This document shows positions 36,225 through 37,130 of a stretch of DNA of 37,130 nt, in pieces. Source of the DNA: Chiloscyllium plagiosum (lineage: Eukaryota); contig NC_057718.1 in NCBI RefSeq assembly GCF_004010195.1, positions 38,712,749-38,749,878 of the forward strand, written 5' to 3'. Position numbers and translations under genes: made by a program. The notes beneath the pieces are model-generated. The model searched no databases. It saw nothing but the letters and a program-made list of their open reading frames with translations, and was not told the DNA's origin. Position 1 is the stretch's first letter; every line of letters starts with the position of its first letter.

Positions 36225-36429
36225 AGAGAGGGTCCCTGAAATAATAATGGGAATTTACATTGTGATTGCTTTACAATTGGACAGAGTAAACTTGAAAAGC
36301 ATTAGGCTTAGTTTAGCTTTCAAAGAATGAATCATTTGTTTTTTGCTTAGGGGACATATGGTATGCTTGGAAAGTTTTTTTGTTTCAGTTTGCAGAAATG
36401 TGCAATTACAAACATGCCGGTAAAGAAGG

Positions 36430-37130
36430 ATAGAGTCATAGAGATGTACAGCATAGAAACAGACCCTTCGGTCCAACCCGTCCATGCCGACCAGACATCC
36501 CGACCCAATCTATTCCCACCTGCCAGCACCCGGCCCATATCCCTCCAAACCTTTATATTCAGATACCCATCCAAATGCCTCTTAAATGTTGCAATTGTAC
36601 CAGCCTCCAACACATCCTTTGGCAGCTCATTCCATACACATACCACCCTCTGCGTGAAAACGTTGCCCCTTAGGTCTCTTTTATATCTTTCCCCTCTCAT
36701 CCTAAACCTATGCCTCTAGTTCGGGACTCCCCGACCCCAGGGAAAAGACTTTGTCTATTTATTCTATCCATGCCCCTCATAATTTTGAAAACCTCTATAA
36801 CGTCACCCCTCAGCCTCCGACACTCCAGGGAAAACAGCCCCAGTCTGTTCAGCCTCTCCCTATAGCTCAAATCCTCCAACCCTGGCAACATCCTTGTAAA
36901 TCTTTTCTGAATCCCTTCAAGTTTCACAATATCTTTCCGATAGGAAGGAGACCAGAATTGCATGCAATATTCCAACAGTGGCCTAACCAATGTCCTGTTC
37001 AGCCGCAACATGATCTCCCAACTCCTGTACTCAATACTCTGACCAATAAAGGAAAGCACACCAAACGCCTTCTTCACTATCCTATCTACCTGCGACTCCA
37101 CTTTCAAGGAGCTATGAACCTGCACTCCAA
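36430..37130 (-). mobile_element. Young CR1 LINE 3' region (continues past window end)
   Basis: ORF 36697..37125 LVRPLLEYCMQFWSPSYRKD...RRLRGDVIEVFKIMRG, then FTQRVVCVWNELP...FKRHLDGY after a frameshift; tail 'atagagtcatagag'. Confidence 0.95.

Noticed and set aside
1..37130. CRISPR arrays, operons, rRNA or tRNA genes
   Set aside because: The sequence is vertebrate. I saw no regularly spaced repeat-spacer array or stable-RNA gene, and the only tRNA-like sequence is the SINE head.

Overview
This is AT-rich, intron-containing vertebrate DNA. The HE1-type SINE and the CR1/Penelope repeat complement point to a cartilaginous fish (shark). The only host gene I can support is the 3' end of synaptotagmin-14 (syt14) on the + strand. 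It consists of a 57-nt frame-preserving cassette exon at 4162-4218 (GLFCCLKHLIGGQVYIIR, absent from the ORF track) and the last coding exon at 11100-11413 (end of C2B). A very long 3' UTR may extend to about 24.55 kb. The rest is intron, UTR or intergenic DNA with many CR1-clade LINE fragments, a SINE, a probable solo LTR and Penelope-like element (PLE) fragments. The most unusual pattern is four different short repeat families that each carry a minimal hammerhead-ribozyme-like motif (CTGA[T/A]GA-N-stem-GAAA-NNTH) in inverted pairs; three of these insertions have 12-15 bp flanking duplications. There is also a near-perfect 141-bp inverted copy of local sequence inside a CR1. Most ORFs in the supplied track are repeat-derived or spurious. 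All family assignments come from recognising motifs by eye; no database searches were run.
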